This document shows, piece by piece, positions 1-10,485 of a stretch of 64,000 bases of DNA (its first letter is position 1; the number at the start of each line of letters is the position of its first letter). Made by a program: the position numbers and the translations under genes. Source of the stretch: Leptonemataceae bacterium (GTDB lineage Bacteria; Spirochaetota; Leptospiria; Leptospirales; Leptonemataceae); NCBI GenBank assembly GCA_965227295.1, contig OZ245742.1:1056001-1120000 (forward strand), in the 5' to 3' direction. A model generated the notes under the pieces. That model was not told the origin of the DNA and did no database searches. It saw only the letters and a program-made list of their open reading frames with translations.

Positions 1-6
1 ATGTAC

Positions 7-714
7 TCAATGCTCGCCGATGTCGTCCAGGAGCGTGAGCATCTCCCCCGGCTCCTCCAGCAAATGGACCCGCTCCGGGTGTTCGGCCGCGTGAGCGGCG
101 CAGATCTCCCGGAACGCCTGGCGTTCGCCGGCGTTCTTCGCCCACATTGCGCCCACAAAAACGCCGCTCACCTCCATGGTCGCATCGATGTCCACGGAAG
201 AATCCCCGACGTAGACGATCTCCTCACCCCGCAGACCCAGGCGGCGGCAGGCCAGCAACAGCCCTTCCGGATCCGGCTTGGGCCGGTTCACATCGTCGTC
301 GCAAATGCTCGTATCGAAGAGCAGGGGGCCCACGGCGCCGGCGCCGTCCAGCATGCGCATGGTGGACTCGTACGCCGGGCGGCTCTTGCCGGTGACCACG
401 GCGGTGCCGTAGCCGCGTTCGACGACGGCCCGGGCCGCTTCCAGGGCACCGGGATACGGACCGTCGAAGTGCCCGGGATGATGTTCACTGTAATGGCGGA
501 TGAAAGTACTGTAGAGTTCGTCGTACCGCGAACGGTACGGCTCATCGAGAAAAAAGCGGATCTCGGCCTTCGGCCGCAGTTCCTCGATCTCGGTGCCGGT
601 ATAACCGCGGCCGAGGACCTCGTTTAACGTCCGTCGATAACTTTCAATGTACAGGCGCCAGGTGTCGACGAGGGTGCCGTCGAAGTCGAAGAATACACCG
701 CGGATGCGCGCCAT
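7..714 (-). CDS. HAD-superfamily hydrolase (phosphoglycolate phosphatase/PpaX-like)
   Basis: Motif I FDFDGTLVD, motif II VVTGK, motif III KPDPE, motif IV YVGDSSVD. Confidence 0.9.
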   Translation of the reverse strand: MARIRGVFFDFDGTLVDTWRLYIESYRRTLNEVLGRGYTGTEIEELRPKAEIRFFLDEPYRSRYDELYSTFIRHYSEHHPGHFDGPYPGALEAARAVVERGYGTAVVTGKSRPAYESTMRMLDGAGAVGPLLFDTSICDDDVNRPKPDPEGLLLACRRLGLRGEEIVYVGDSSVDIDATMEVSGVFVGAMWAKNAGERQAFREICAAHAAEHPERVHLLEEPGEMLTLLDDIGEH

Positions 715-717
715 GTT

Positions 718-1248
718 TTAGAAAATGCCCAGGCCGGCGTAGAACGGCACCGGCAACACGCTGATGACGGCGGTGGCCGCGAGGAAAACGAGGAACGCCT
801 TCACCGCCTGGAAACGATACACGATGCCGATGATCACGAAGGCCGTAATCAGATACCAGATCCCCGCCAGGCCGCTGATGATCCGACCCACGTCGCCGAG
901 ACCCGGCGCCGCCGCCGCAATCAACGCCACGAAGATGAGCGAGGCAAACGACAGCGGCCGAAACACGGACCAGTAGTCGGCGCCCTTGCGCCCCGCGATC
1001 ATCGCGAAGACGTGGATTAAGCCGGCATACACGAAGATGCCGACGATCAATCCTCCCACCACGGAAAGCGGCAGGGGACCGAAACCGGCGAACAACGCGA
1101 ATCCCACGGCAATGAGAATGCCCGTAACGATCATGATGACAATGCCCGCCAGGGTCGCCCCGTTCCGCCCCGAAACCGCCTGGATTGTTTTGTTGTTCAG
1201 CGCAAGAATGCGCACGGCTTCCTGTAGTTCTTTTAAGAAATGCTGCAT
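718..1248 (-). CDS. Membrane protein, possibly Yip1-like, about 5 TM helices
   Basis: 176 aa with several hydrophobic segments; 3-6 bp gaps to both neighbours. Confidence 0.65.
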   Translation of the reverse strand: MQHFLKELQEAVRILALNNKTIQAVSGRNGATLAGIVIMIVTGILIAVGFALFAGFGPLPLSVVGGLIVGIFVYAGLIHVFAMIAGRKGADYWSVFRPLSFASLIFVALIAAAAPGLGDVGRIISGLAGIWYLITAFVIIGIVYRFQAVKAFLVFLAATAVISVLPVPFYAGLGIF

Positions 1249-1254
1249 GATTGT

Positions 1255-2268
1255 TTATGCTCCGATCTTTATGCAAACCTTGCCGAAATGTTTACCGGCT
1301 TCAAGATACTGAAAAGCGGCGACCGAGTCCTCGAACGGAAAGACCTTATCGATGACCGGGTGCAGTTCGTGCAACGCGCAGGCCCGCTGTAGATCTTCGA
1401 AGCCCGCGCGGCTGCCCACCAGCACGCCCTGGATGCGAATGTTCTGCATGAGCACCGGCGTCATGTTGACCGATTGCGCGCCGCCGCCCGCGAGCACGCC
1501 GATCAGACTGATGTGTCCGAAGGGTTTCGTGCTCATGATGGACTGGTCCAACGTACCCGCGCCGCCGACTTCGATCACGTGGTGCGCGCCGGTCATTTTG
1601 GTAATGCGACGCACTTCCCGGGACCAGTTGCTTTTCGTTTTGTAATTGATGACGTGATCCGCGCCGAGCTGCTGCGCGCGTTCGAGTTTCTCGTCGCTGC
1701 TGGACGTGATGATTACCTGCGCGCCCTGCAGCTTCGCAAGCTGCAATGCGAAGATGGACACACCGCCCGTGCCGAGGGTAAGGACGACGTCGCCGGGCTG
1801 CGTGCCGGCCTGCATCATCGCCGACCACGCGGTGAGGCCGGCGCAGGGCAACGTGGACGCCTCTTCGAAACTCATGTAGTCCGGGATTTTGATAACACCG
1901 GTTTCCGGAAAAACGCGGTATTCCTGCAACGTTCCATCCAGCGGCCCGCCAAGAGACGAGCGCAGGGCGTCGAAGTCCGGCTCGCCGGAGATCCAGCCCT
2001 GGGCGAAGTTGCCCACCACGCGATCGCCTTCTTTCCAGAGCTTCACGCCCTCGCCCACGGAGACCACCTCGCCGGCACCATCGCACAGCGGGATCAGCGG
2101 TTTACGCATGCGCGGATTGTACTCGCCGATGACCGTAAGGTAGTCGCGGTAGTTAAGCGAGGCCGCGCGCATGCGCACGAGGATTTCACCCGGGCCGACC
2201 TCGGGCTCCGGCCGCTCCGTTAATTTGAGATGATCGAAACCGAATTCCTGTATTTCAAATGCTTTCAT
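1255..2268 (-). CDS. NAD(P)-dependent medium-chain alcohol dehydrogenase/quinone reductase-like oxidoreductase
   Basis: [31 protein letters not shown]-terminal HFGKVCI; start taken at ATG 2268 (MKAFEIQ). Confidence 0.9.
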   Translation of the reverse strand: MKAFEIQEFGFDHLKLTERPEPEVGPGEILVRMRAASLNYRDYLTVIGEYNPRMRKPLIPLCDGAGEVVSVGEGVKLWKEGDRVVGNFAQGWISGEPDFDALRSSLGGPLDGTLQEYRVFPETGVIKIPDYMSFEEASTLPCAGLTAWSAMMQAGTQPGDVVLTLGTGGVSIFALQLAKLQGAQVIITSSSDEKLERAQQLGADHVINYKTKSNWSREVRRITKMTGAHHVIEVGGAGTLDQSIMSTKPFGHISLIGVLAGGGAQSVNMTPVLMQNIRIQGVLVGSRAGFEDLQRACALHELHPVIDKVFPFEDSVAAFQYLEAGKHFGKVCIKIGA

Positions 2269-2284
2269 AAGAATCCGCGCGCAC

Positions 2285-3364
2285 TCACTGCGCCGCGGGC
2301 AGCCGAAACTTCGCAATCATCGGGAAGTGATCCGAGATGTGCAGCGTATCCCGGCTGCGAACGCCGTAGGACTCCATTGCGAGTTTCCTCGAATAGAAGA
2401 CGTAATCAAGGGTGCGGTCCGGTTCCGTGATGTCCGGATGATTGCTGAAGTACGTGAAGTATTGTTTGCGACTGGCCGGACCGCTCAGGAGTTCCGCGCT
2501 CACGGTGCTCGGAAAATCGTCGAAGAGTTTCTGCACTTCCGACGGCTCGTTGTAATAGACCCGGGACTGCTCCGGGAGATTGTTCACGGCAAACCCCGGC
2601 GGCAGCAGATTGAAATCACCGGAAATAATCCAGGGATCCTTGCCGGCTTCCAGATCGCCGAGCATCGCGTGTACTTTGCCCACCTGGAGCTCCATGGTAT
2701 TGCTGCCCTGCGCAAAGGCATCCAGGTGTGTATTGAGGCTGTGAAACGTTCCGCCGCCGGCGATCGGGAACTCCACCTGCAGGACCGCGCGGTCAAAGTT
2801 AAACAACTGCGACATGAGCCCCGGGATGCGCGGCAGTTGGTGCCGCGTCGATTTGTCGATTTTATGTTTGCTGATCGTGGCGAGCTTCATGCCCACGGAG
2901 GTCCAGACCTTCGGATGCGGCACGAAGGACGCACGCCAGTAGAACGCGTCCGTATGACAGCGGTACTCCGGCGGCAATTGTTCCAGAAGCAGTTCCAGTT
3001 GATCGTCGTAGTCGGTGTAGCCGGCGCCGTCGTTCACCTCTTGCAGGACCACGATATCCGGCTGCTCTTCGCTGACGATCCGGGCCACTTCGTCCAGCGT
3101 CTTTGCAATGTTCTCCGGGCTGGGGCGCAGGTCGGGCCCGTCGCCGTCGGGCAGATCATACCAGAAGACGTGGTCCTTGCTGCCCATGTACTGAACGTTC
3201 CAGTTGAGAATCTTGACGGATGCGCCGGGCCGTAGCTCGGGGGTGTCCGCCGGACATGTGACCTGGCTCGCTTCGATGTCGGCCGGATGATAGGTGGTCG
3301 TATAGAGCGCAATGCCGAGGGCGGCGAGGATTACCAGAACGGTGAGCAGCAGTTTTTTGATCAT
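2285..3364 (-). CDS. Exported endonuclease/exonuclease/phosphatase (EEP) family protein
   Basis: N-terminal signal/anchor; LNWNVQY, DIVVLQE, NTHLDAF, GDFN, LDYVF, SDHFP motifs. Confidence 0.9.
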   Translation of the reverse strand: MIKKLLLTVLVILAALGIALYTTTYHPADIEASQVTCPADTPELRPGASVKILNWNVQYMGSKDHVFWYDLPDGDGPDLRPSPENIAKTLDEVARIVSEEQPDIVVLQEVNDGAGYTDYDDQLELLLEQLPPEYRCHTDAFYWRASFVPHPKVWTSVGMKLATISKHKIDKSTRHQLPRIPGLMSQLFNFDRAVLQVEFPIAGGGTFHSLNTHLDAFAQGSNTMELQVGKVHAMLGDLEAGKDPWIISGDFNLLPPGFAVNNLPEQSRVYYNEPSEVQKLFDDFPSTVSAELLSGPASRKQYFTYFSNHPDITEPDRTLDYVFYSRKLAMESYGVRSRDTLHISDHFPMIAKFRLPAAQ

Positions 3365-3392
3365 GGAACACGTCTCGAAAGTATTTGTAGGG

Positions 3393-3420
3393 TTGACGGA
3401 TGGTAAAGGTATTATACAGT
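3393..3420. promoter_or_regulatory. Putative overlapping divergent sigma70-type promoters
   Basis: Plus strand TTGACG-N16-TACAGT; a minus-strand TATAAT lies in the same stretch upstream of the EEP gene. Confidence 0.4.
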
Positions 3421-3487
3421 CCGCGCGATCAACGGTTTCATGAATCAAAACCGGCGGTCGCGCGTGAGAGCGTGTCGGGACGGCAGT

Positions 3488-5455
3488 GTGCGTAAAGTCA
3501 AAAATCCGCACTCCCTGTTTTTCGTGATGGCCGCGCTGTTCGCAACGGCCGCTTTCCAGGGAGCGCACGCCGAAGGCGAGCCGGAAGCCGGCCCGGCAGT
3601 ACGTCTTTCGGAAGTCTCCGGCGCGGGTTACGTCAGTCCGCGCTTCGAATGGTTGGTCGACGAATCATCCACGCTGAGCTTCGAGGACGTGCGCCGGCGC
3701 GATTTTCCGCGGCGCTTCTCCGCGCCCTTCCCGAACTTCGGCCCCTCACGGTTTCCCGTGTGGGGGCGAATCCGCCTGCACAACGATCGGGACACCGGCG
3801 TAACACGGCGCCTGGTCCTCACCAACGCCCGCATGTGGGAGATCGATTTGTATCTGCGCGGTTCCGGCTCAGAGGACTGGCAACACCGACGGAGCGGCGC
3901 GCGCATCGCCTTCCACGAGCGCGAGGTGCAGGCCCACGACTTCGTATTCATACTGCACTTCGAACCGGGCGAAACCAAAACGATCTACGCCCGCTTTCGC
4001 AATCGCACGACGCTGCAAATCCCGTTGCGGCTGTTGGACCGCGACGGCTACGACGCCCTGCGCAACGTCCAGCGCTTCGGCTACGGATTCTTTTTTGGGA
4101 TCATGGCGGCGCTGGCGCTCTACAACCTGCTGTTGTTCGCGGCGTTACGGGATCGCAATTATCTCTACTATGTGGTGCTGCTTACGTTGATGGCCCTGTT
4201 CATCGGCGGTTTCCTGGGATTGAATTACCAGTACCTGTATCCCTGGTCCGCGGAATTCAATCACCTCGCGCTGCCCGCCGTGGGTCTGACCGCGGTATTG
4301 TTCGTGGGCCTGTTCACGATCGGCTATCTGCAAACGGCGCGGCTCATGCCTCGCGTGCATCTCATCTTGCAGGTGCTCATCGGCGGGGCGGCCCTGGCGA
4401 TCCCGCTGGATCTGATGGGCTGGACCGGCTACGCCACCGTGCTGGGAACCGGCGTCTCGCTGTGCATGTCCGTCACGGCGATCTACGGCGGCGCGTATCT
4501 CTGGCGCGGCCGGCGCTACAATCATGCGCGCTTTTATACGATTTCCTGGGGCATCTTCTTCGCCGCGGTCACCGTGCACGGCCTGATCCAGTTCGGCGTC
4601 TATACTTCGGCGCTGCTCATGAACCACGTCTTAATGTTCGGTACGTCGCTGTTTGCGATCTCGTTATCGCTGGGTATGGCCTGGCGCATTCAATTGATGG
4701 ACCGCGATCGTCTGGAAATGGAAACGCAGATGGAGATTGCGCGGGAGATTCAGCAGTCGCTCTTGCCGGGAGCAGCCCCGGAGCGCGATGATCTGCGCGT
4801 GGCCTATCTCTACAAACCCATGCAGAAAGTCGGCGGGGACTTCGTGGACTTCCACATCCGTGAAGACAACAAAGCGCTCTTTACGATTGCCGACGTCACG
4901 GGCCACGGCGTACCCGCCGCGTTGCTCGCTTCGATGATCAAGATGGCCCTGCCCGCCTGTTACAACGTGATGGAAGATCCTTCCCGGGCCGTACGCAAAC
5001 TTCACGAACGCATGCGCCCGCGATTGAGCGGTCATCACATCACGGTGTGTTTTTGTTATCTTGATCTCAGTACGGGCCTCGTGCGTCACGCAAGCGCGGG
5101 ACACCTGCCCGTACTCCGGGTCAACGCAAAAGGGGAACTGCACGTGATGGAGAAACCGGCCATCCTGCTGCATCCGCTCATCGAGCCGCAAAGCGAAAAC
5201 CAGGAGGTGCAGTTGGAACCGGGGGACACGTTGCTTATGTACACCGACGGCCTGACCGAGACGGTCTCGCCCACCGGCGAAGAATTCGGTGAAGAACGCC
5301 TGCGTAAACTGGCGACGGAGCTGGGCTTTCTTCCGCCGGCGGACCTGTGCAGTGAACTCCACGAGTACGTGAGTCTCTTCAGCGGCGACGTCGACGCGAC
5401 TCAGGACGATTTCACGCTGTTAGCCTGGCAGTACCTGGGCAATGCGCGCGATTGA
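3488..5455 (+). CDS. 7TM-DISM sensor fused to SpoIIE/PP2C phosphatase
   Basis: Extracellular 7TMR-DISMED2-like region, 7 TM (GIMAALALYNLLLF...YLYY), PP2C motifs VGGDF, ADVTGHG, SAGH, YTDGLTE, DDFT; start uncertain (3440/3488/3527). Confidence 0.9.
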   Translation: MRKVKNPHSLFFVMAALFATAAFQGAHAEGEPEAGPAVRLSEVSGAGYVSPRFEWLVDESSTLSFEDVRRRDFPRRFSAPFPNFGPSRFPVWGRIRLHNDRDTGVTRRLVLTNARMWEIDLYLRGSGSEDWQHRRSGARIAFHEREVQAHDFVFILHFEPGETKTIYARFRNRTTLQIPLRLLDRDGYDALRNVQRFGYGFFFGIMAALALYNLLLFAALRDRNYLYYVVLLTLMALFIGGFLGLNYQYLYPWSAEFNHLALPAVGLTAVLFVGLFTIGYLQTARLMPRVHLILQVLIGGAALAIPLDLMGWTGYATVLGTGVSLCMSVTAIYGGAYLWRGRRYNHARFYTISWGIFFAAVTVHGLIQFGVYTSALLMNHVLMFGTSLFAISLSLGMAWRIQLMDRDRLEMETQMEIAREIQQSLLPGAAPERDDLRVAYLYKPMQKVGGDFVDFHIREDNKALFTIADVTGHGVPAALLASMIKMALPACYNVMEDPSRAVRKLHERMRPRLSGHHITVCFCYLDLSTGLVRHASAGHLPVLRVNAKGELHVMEKPAILLHPLIEPQSENQEVQLEPGDTLLMYTDGLTETVSPTGEEFGEERLRKLATELGFLPPADLCSELHEYVSLFSGDVDATQDDFTLLAWQYLGNARD

Positions 5456-5527
5456 CGTCATCGAATTTACATTAACATCCGCGAAAATTCTCCTTTGCGT
5501 CGTCGCCGTGGTGGCCAGGCTATCCGC

Positions 5528-6817
5528 ATGAAGTGGCGGGAACACTACGATCAACATCTCATGAGCGCGCAGGATGCTCTGCGGCATGTGCAAAGCGGCC
5601 AGCGAATCTTCCTCGACGGCAACGCTTCGATTCCCTGGACCATCGTGAACGCGCTCATCGAGCGAGATAAAGAACTGGAAGACGTCGAGTTGAACCACCT
5701 GCTCGTCTTCGGCAAAGATCCGTTTCAGGGTTGCTGCGGCATTCGTAACAACGCCTGGTTCCTGGGGCCCGGCGTACGTAACGCCGTAAACGAAGGTCGC
5801 GCCGATTACATTCCCATCTTCCTGTCTGAAATTACGCAACTCGTGCGCGGCGGTAACTGGCCCATCGACGTCGCCCTCATCAACTGTTCGCCGCCGGACC
5901 GCTACGGTTTCATGAGTCACGGCATTGAGGTTTCGATCACGAAGCCGTGCGCCGAGGCGGCGAAGTTCGTCATCGCCCAGGTGAATCCCGCCATGCCGCG
6001 AGCACTGGGGGATTGTTTTATTCATGTGAGCGAAGTGAACGCCTTCGTCGAAGCCGAGGAATCACCGCTGGAAATTCCCGTGGGCACACCGAGCGAAACG
6101 GAAATGGCCATCGGCAAAAACGTGGCGAGCCTGGTGGAAGACGGCGCGACGTTGCAGATGGGCATCGGCGGCATTCCGAATGCAACCCTCGCACAGCTCG
6201 GCGACAAACACGACCTCGGCATTCACACCGAAATGTTCTCGGACGGCATCCTGCCGCTGCTCGAAGGCGGGGTCATTACAAATCAGAAGAAAGGCTTTCA
6301 TCGCGGTAAGATCGTATCGAGCTTCGCCATGGGCAGCCGCGAGCTGTACGATTACATCGACAACAATCCCATGTTCGAGTTTCGCCCGTCGCACTACGTA
6401 AACGATCCGTTCCTGATTGCGAACAATGAAAAGATGACCGCCATCAACTCGGCCATCGAAGTGGATCTTACGGGCCAGGTGTGTTCGGACAGCATGGGCG
6501 AAACGATCTACAGCGGCATCGGCGGCCAGGTGGATTTCATTCGCGGGGCGGCCCGCTCGAACGGCGGCAGGCCCATCATCGCCCTGCCGTCCACTGCGCG
6601 CAAGGGCCAGGTTTCGCGCATCGCCGCGCGGCTGTCGCCCGGAGCCGGGGTCGTGACGAGTCGCGGCGACGTGCACTACGTCGTCACCGAGTACGGCATC
6701 GCCGATCTCTTCGGCAAAAACTTACGCCAGCGGGCCGAGGCGCTGATCGAGATCGCGCACCCGGATTTTCGCGGCGAGCTGCGCCAGAAATCGCGCTGGG
6801 CCTTAAAGGATCGCTGA
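5528..6817 (+). CDS. Acetyl-CoA hydrolase/4-hydroxybutyrate CoA-transferase family
   Basis: GRADYIP, TLQMGIGGIP, HTEMFSDG, SGIGGQVDFIRGA, VVTEYG, IAHPDFR. Confidence 0.92.
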   Translation: MKWREHYDQHLMSAQDALRHVQSGQRIFLDGNASIPWTIVNALIERDKELEDVELNHLLVFGKDPFQGCCGIRNNAWFLGPGVRNAVNEGRADYIPIFLSEITQLVRGGNWPIDVALINCSPPDRYGFMSHGIEVSITKPCAEAAKFVIAQVNPAMPRALGDCFIHVSEVNAFVEAEESPLEIPVGTPSETEMAIGKNVASLVEDGATLQMGIGGIPNATLAQLGDKHDLGIHTEMFSDGILPLLEGGVITNQKKGFHRGKIVSSFAMGSRELYDYIDNNPMFEFRPSHYVNDPFLIANNEKMTAINSAIEVDLTGQVCSDSMGETIYSGIGGQVDFIRGAARSNGGRPIIALPSTARKGQVSRIAARLSPGAGVVTSRGDVHYVVTEYGIADLFGKNLRQRAEALIEIAHPDFRGELRQKSRWALKDR

Positions 6818-6824
6818 GTATAAG

Positions 6825-6998
6825 TTAGACGTCCTCGCCCTCAATCACCAGGCGGCGCCAGATTTCGAAAGTGAGCAGCATCCACAGACGAATGCCGTAG
6901 CGACCGGCGCCCTCCTCGATGTCGTAACGCAACAACTGCTGCACGCGTTCCGGATCGAAAATTCCGGCGCGGTGAATCTCTTTGGGACTGAGCTTGCG
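6825..6998 (-). pseudogene. C-terminal remnant of an asparagine synthase (AsnB-like) gene
   Basis: LSPKEIHRAGIFDPERVQQLL...RLWMLLTFEIWRR resembles the AsnB C-terminus; the rest of the gene is absent. Confidence 0.7.
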
Positions 6999-7222
6999 CG
7001 ACTCGCGTACACGCCGTTGCGATAGCGTTCCAGGTAGGCGGCCAGAGCAAGGACAACGGCTGAACACAAAAATCCATGAGTTCGCTTCACTAACATCACC
7101 TCAACCATAGCTACCGCCGCCGTCGCCGCCCGCCTGTTGTTGGGCCGAGGCGAGGGCCAGATCCTGGGAGTGCAACATGGCCGTGGCGGTGAGGCCGGCC
7201 AGCATCCCGGCGGACAGCGCTC

Positions 7223-7336
7223 CTTATCCGGGGTAAAACGCAAACGACCGAATTGTTCCACGGGTCCGCCGATCTGGAAGAGCCCTTGAAAACCCTCGTC
7301 CCGATGTTCGATGACGAGACCGCTGCCGCCGCTTAA
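7223..7336 (+). pseudogene. Possible C-terminal remnant of a class III adenylate/guanylate cyclase
   Basis: Manual translation LIRGKTQTTELFHGSADLEEPLKTLVPMFDDETAAAA* resembles the (V/I)(K/R)GK...(E/T)xF end motif of class III cyclases; no convincing start. Confidence 0.45.
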
Positions 7337-7396
7337 CTCGAGCGCGCCGGATGTTACGAAGTACATGCCCGCGCGCCCGTATCCAGGTCAAATCAA

Positions 7397-8872
7397 TCAC
7401 GCACGTGCAACGTCGCCGAGCAGCCGCAGCCAGTTGCGGATTTGCGAGAAGATCAGAAACTCCCGGTAGGCCCGGCGACGACCGCTCTCGCCCTGGAGAT
7501 CTCGCGCCGTGGTATCCGCGAGCATGGCATCCAGGGTGTCGGCGATTTCCTGCGCATCCTCCGGGTTCGCGACCAGGCGCCCGTCAATATGATCACGAAT
7601 TTGCTGGCGCAGACCCACGGCCTGACTGCCCATCATGGCGATGCCCTTCCACATGGCCTCGGTGGCCGTGAGGCCGAAGCCTTCTTTCAGCGAGTTCTGC
7701 ACGACCACCGTCGAACAACGTTGCAGGGCATTGACCATAAGGGCGTTGTGTTTGCGCGATTGCATGGGCAGCGCGATGATCGCCACGTCCCGCTGAAGTT
7801 CCGGTGCTAATTGTTTGTACATGGCGATTAGCTCTTCCAGCACCTCCCGGCCTTCGGGGTCATCCTGAATGGACGCCGGGTCCGGGCCGGCCAGGACCAG
7901 GCGCAGCAATTCGAGGCGGCGCCTGTGCTGCGGATCGCTGACGCTGCCGTTCAGTTTTTCTTTGAGCTTCACGAAACCTTCGAGTAACGCACCGTAGCCC
8001 TTCAATCGGTCCCAGCGCGAGACCTGCGTTACGATGGGCCGAAACAGCAGGCCGATCTCCTCCGGCTCGTTCGCCGGACCGAAGCTGCCGTCGCTCTGCA
8101 AACGTTCGACGGTAAATTCAAATTCCGGCGTGAGCACGGGTTGATGCGCGACGGCCAGGCGCGCGTTGCACAGGATGCCGACGATCTTGTGCGCGGAGAG
8201 CGGGCGGTTTTTATGCGACAACGGATCGATGGAAGGATAGATGATGCGCGAGCGACCGGTGAAGTAAGTGGGAATGTACTCCGTCGCCGAGAAGACGCCG
8301 GCGTCGTACTCGTTTGAGTAGTCGCGCAGGAATCGCCACACCGAGGATGTCACGTCGATGCGCTCCGCCGTGCCGATGTGGCAGCGCCAGATCGTTTTGA
8401 GTCCGGGAATCCTTCGGGCAATCTCGGCGCCCAGAGCCATGGGCTGCGGGTCGTGGACCACGAGGATGTCGTCCGCTTTGATGCGCGGCGCCAGGGACTC
8501 GGCGTTGCGATGATTGACGTCCTCGTAGGCGGAACGCTCGGCGTCGCTCACGCCCGGCACGCCGCTGCCGTGGATCATATTGTGTAAGCGCTTGGTAAAA
8601 TCGAAGAAGTCGTTTCGGTCGGCATTGATGACGGCCCACTCCACGGAAACGCCCAGTTCACGAAAGATGCTCACCATCTTCGGCATCATCTCGGCCACGC
8701 CGCCGCCGCGAGCGGTACTGTTCACCATCCACACGGTACGACCCTGGAGGTGCGGCACCAACTGCTGCGCCTCCGCACGCAACTCGCGCACGGCCGGCGT
8801 GAAGTCCGGTGATTTTTCGTAGTCGGCCAGGGTCAGCCGGCCGGCATCACTGACGTCGACGATTTCGATCAT
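7397..8872 (-). CDS. GT4 glycosyltransferase, trehalose synthase TreT-like
   Basis: VNSTARGGGVAEM, VHDPQP, WRCHI, QVSRWDRLKG, EGFGLTATEAMWKG; start may be as far up as 8929. Confidence 0.85.
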   Translation of the reverse strand: MIEIVDVSDAGRLTLADYEKSPDFTPAVRELRAEAQQLVPHLQGRTVWMVNSTARGGGVAEMMPKMVSIFRELGVSVEWAVINADRNDFFDFTKRLHNMIHGSGVPGVSDAERSAYEDVNHRNAESLAPRIKADDILVVHDPQPMALGAEIARRIPGLKTIWRCHIGTAERIDVTSSVWRFLRDYSNEYDAGVFSATEYIPTYFTGRSRIIYPSIDPLSHKNRPLSAHKIVGILCNARLAVAHQPVLTPEFEFTVERLQSDGSFGPANEPEEIGLLFRPIVTQVSRWDRLKGYGALLEGFVKLKEKLNGSVSDPQHRRRLELLRLVLAGPDPASIQDDPEGREVLEELIAMYKQLAPELQRDVAIIALPMQSRKHNALMVNALQRCSTVVVQNSLKEGFGLTATEAMWKGIAMMGSQAVGLRQQIRDHIDGRLVANPEDAQEIADTLDAMLADTTARDLQGESGRRRAYREFLIFSQIRNWLRLLGDVARA

Positions 8873-8982
8873 GTCGATCAGCCTGGCACCCCCGACGATG
8901 CTGTCCACCGGAAGTCTCGCCATTGACATGCGCGTCCATGGATTGCTTGCGCCGTGCGACGGTCGCGAGCGAATGGCACGCT

Positions 8983-10146
8983 ATGGCGGATTACCGCAAC
9001 AAAAACGAACTGCTGAAAGGCGCCGCCGAAGTCCAGGCGACCTACAAAAACTACCGCAGCAGCCGAAACATCGACGCCCAGATTGCGGAGATGCAGGACC
9101 TGGGCGCGGACATGGAGCGCCCGGATTTCTGGGACGACGCGGACCGCGCCCGGGACGTTTCCGTAAAAAAAAGCGAGCTGGAACGCCGCATTGAGCCCTG
9201 GCAGATATTGAAGCAGGAACTCATCGATTTCCCGGACCTGGTCGAACTCACCATCGAAGAGTTCGACGATGAAAAAGCAGCCGTGGAGAGCCTGAGCGCC
9301 GATCTCAATGCCCTTGAGGAAAAACTCGAAGGCCTGCTCATGACCGAGGCCCTGGCCGGCGAGGACGATCGTCGCAACGCCCTCGTGTCAATTAACTCCG
9401 GAGCCGGCGGCACCGAGAGCCAGGACTGGGCGGACATGCTCTTGCGCATGTACTTGCGCTGGTTCGAAAAGAAAGGCTTCCGCGTGGAAACGCTGGACCA
9501 CCAGGATGGGGAAGAGGCCGGCATCAAGAGCGCCGCGTTGCTCGTGAAGGGCGAGAACGCCTTCGGTTACCTCAAGTCGGAGAACGGCGTGCATCGCCTC
9601 GTGCGCATCTCCCCCTTTGACTCAAACAAGCGCCGGCACACCTCGTTCGCCTCGGTCCACGTTGCTCCCGACATCGATGAGGACATCGAGATCGACATCG
9701 AAGACAAGGACCTCAAGGTCGACACCTACCGCGCCTCCGGAGCCGGCGGTCAGCACATCAACAAAACCGACTCGGCCATTCGCATCACGCACATTCCCAC
9801 GGGCATCGTCGTGCAGTGTCAGAGTGAACGTTCGCAGCACAAGAACCGCGCTACGGCCATGAAGATGCTGAAGGCTCGCCTGTACGAAATCGAAAAAGAC
9901 CGCATGCGCGAGGACGCGGAAAGCCGCGCCGGTGAAAAACGCGACGTGGCCTGGGGTTCACAAATCCGCAACTACGTCTTTCATCCGTACAAGCTCGTCA
10001 AAGACCTGCGCACCGGCTTCGAAAGCGGCAACGTCGACGCGGTCATGGACGGCGAACTGGAACCGTTCGTGGATGCGTATCTCAAAGACCTGGCGGGCAT
10101 CTGGAAAAAACCCGAGGGCGCGGGGAATGTAGAAGACCAGGTTTAG
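8983..10146 (+). CDS. prfB: Peptide chain release factor 2
   Basis: GAGGTESQDWA, SPF anticodon motif, GGQ catalytic motif, WGSQIRNY; single uninterrupted frame. Confidence 0.97.
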   Translation: MADYRNKNELLKGAAEVQATYKNYRSSRNIDAQIAEMQDLGADMERPDFWDDADRARDVSVKKSELERRIEPWQILKQELIDFPDLVELTIEEFDDEKAAVESLSADLNALEEKLEGLLMTEALAGEDDRRNALVSINSGAGGTESQDWADMLLRMYLRWFEKKGFRVETLDHQDGEEAGIKSAALLVKGENAFGYLKSENGVHRLVRISPFDSNKRRHTSFASVHVAPDIDEDIEIDIEDKDLKVDTYRASGAGGQHINKTDSAIRITHIPTGIVVQCQSERSQHKNRATAMKMLKARLYEIEKDRMREDAESRAGEKRDVAWGSQIRNYVFHPYKLVKDLRTGFESGNVDAVMDGELEPFVDAYLKDLAGIWKKPEGAGNVEDQV

Positions 10147-10310
10147 ACCGAGGATCGAGGCACCCGGGGGAAGATCGGGAGGGGTTTCGGTAGGTGAGTA
10201 CCGGCAGCGTATTCAAATTTTGGCGCGAGGGATGCGCAGGGCACCGATTTTTTTCGCAATGGCCCAGCCCGGTAGATAAGCCAGCCGAGTCGAAAAGACC
10301 GCCCCGCCTC

Positions 10311-10422
10311 TTGCGTTAGCGATTGGAGGGGTGGCCAAAGGCCAGTCTCGCGCTTGCGCGAGACCGGAGCGAAGCGGAGCCCCGGAAAGCGCGACCCGAG
10401 CGTAGCGAGGGGAACGCCCAAA
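10311..10422 (+). repeat. REP/MITE-like palindromic element, copy A
   Basis: Internal hairpin gtctcgcgc-tt-gcgcgagac; core gcgaagcggagccccggaaagc and end gggaacgcccaaa shared with inverted copy B. Confidence 0.7.
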
Positions 10423-10485
10423 TGCTTTAGCCTGATGAGTGACACCTTCATTGAACATGACCCGCTACACTTTCCAGAAGTGTAC

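Noticed and set aside
10430..10460. CTGATGAG followed by a short stem, resembling a hammerhead ribozyme core
   Set aside because: The required C-GAAA after stem II is absent (reads TTGAAC) and no stems I/III with an NUH site were found
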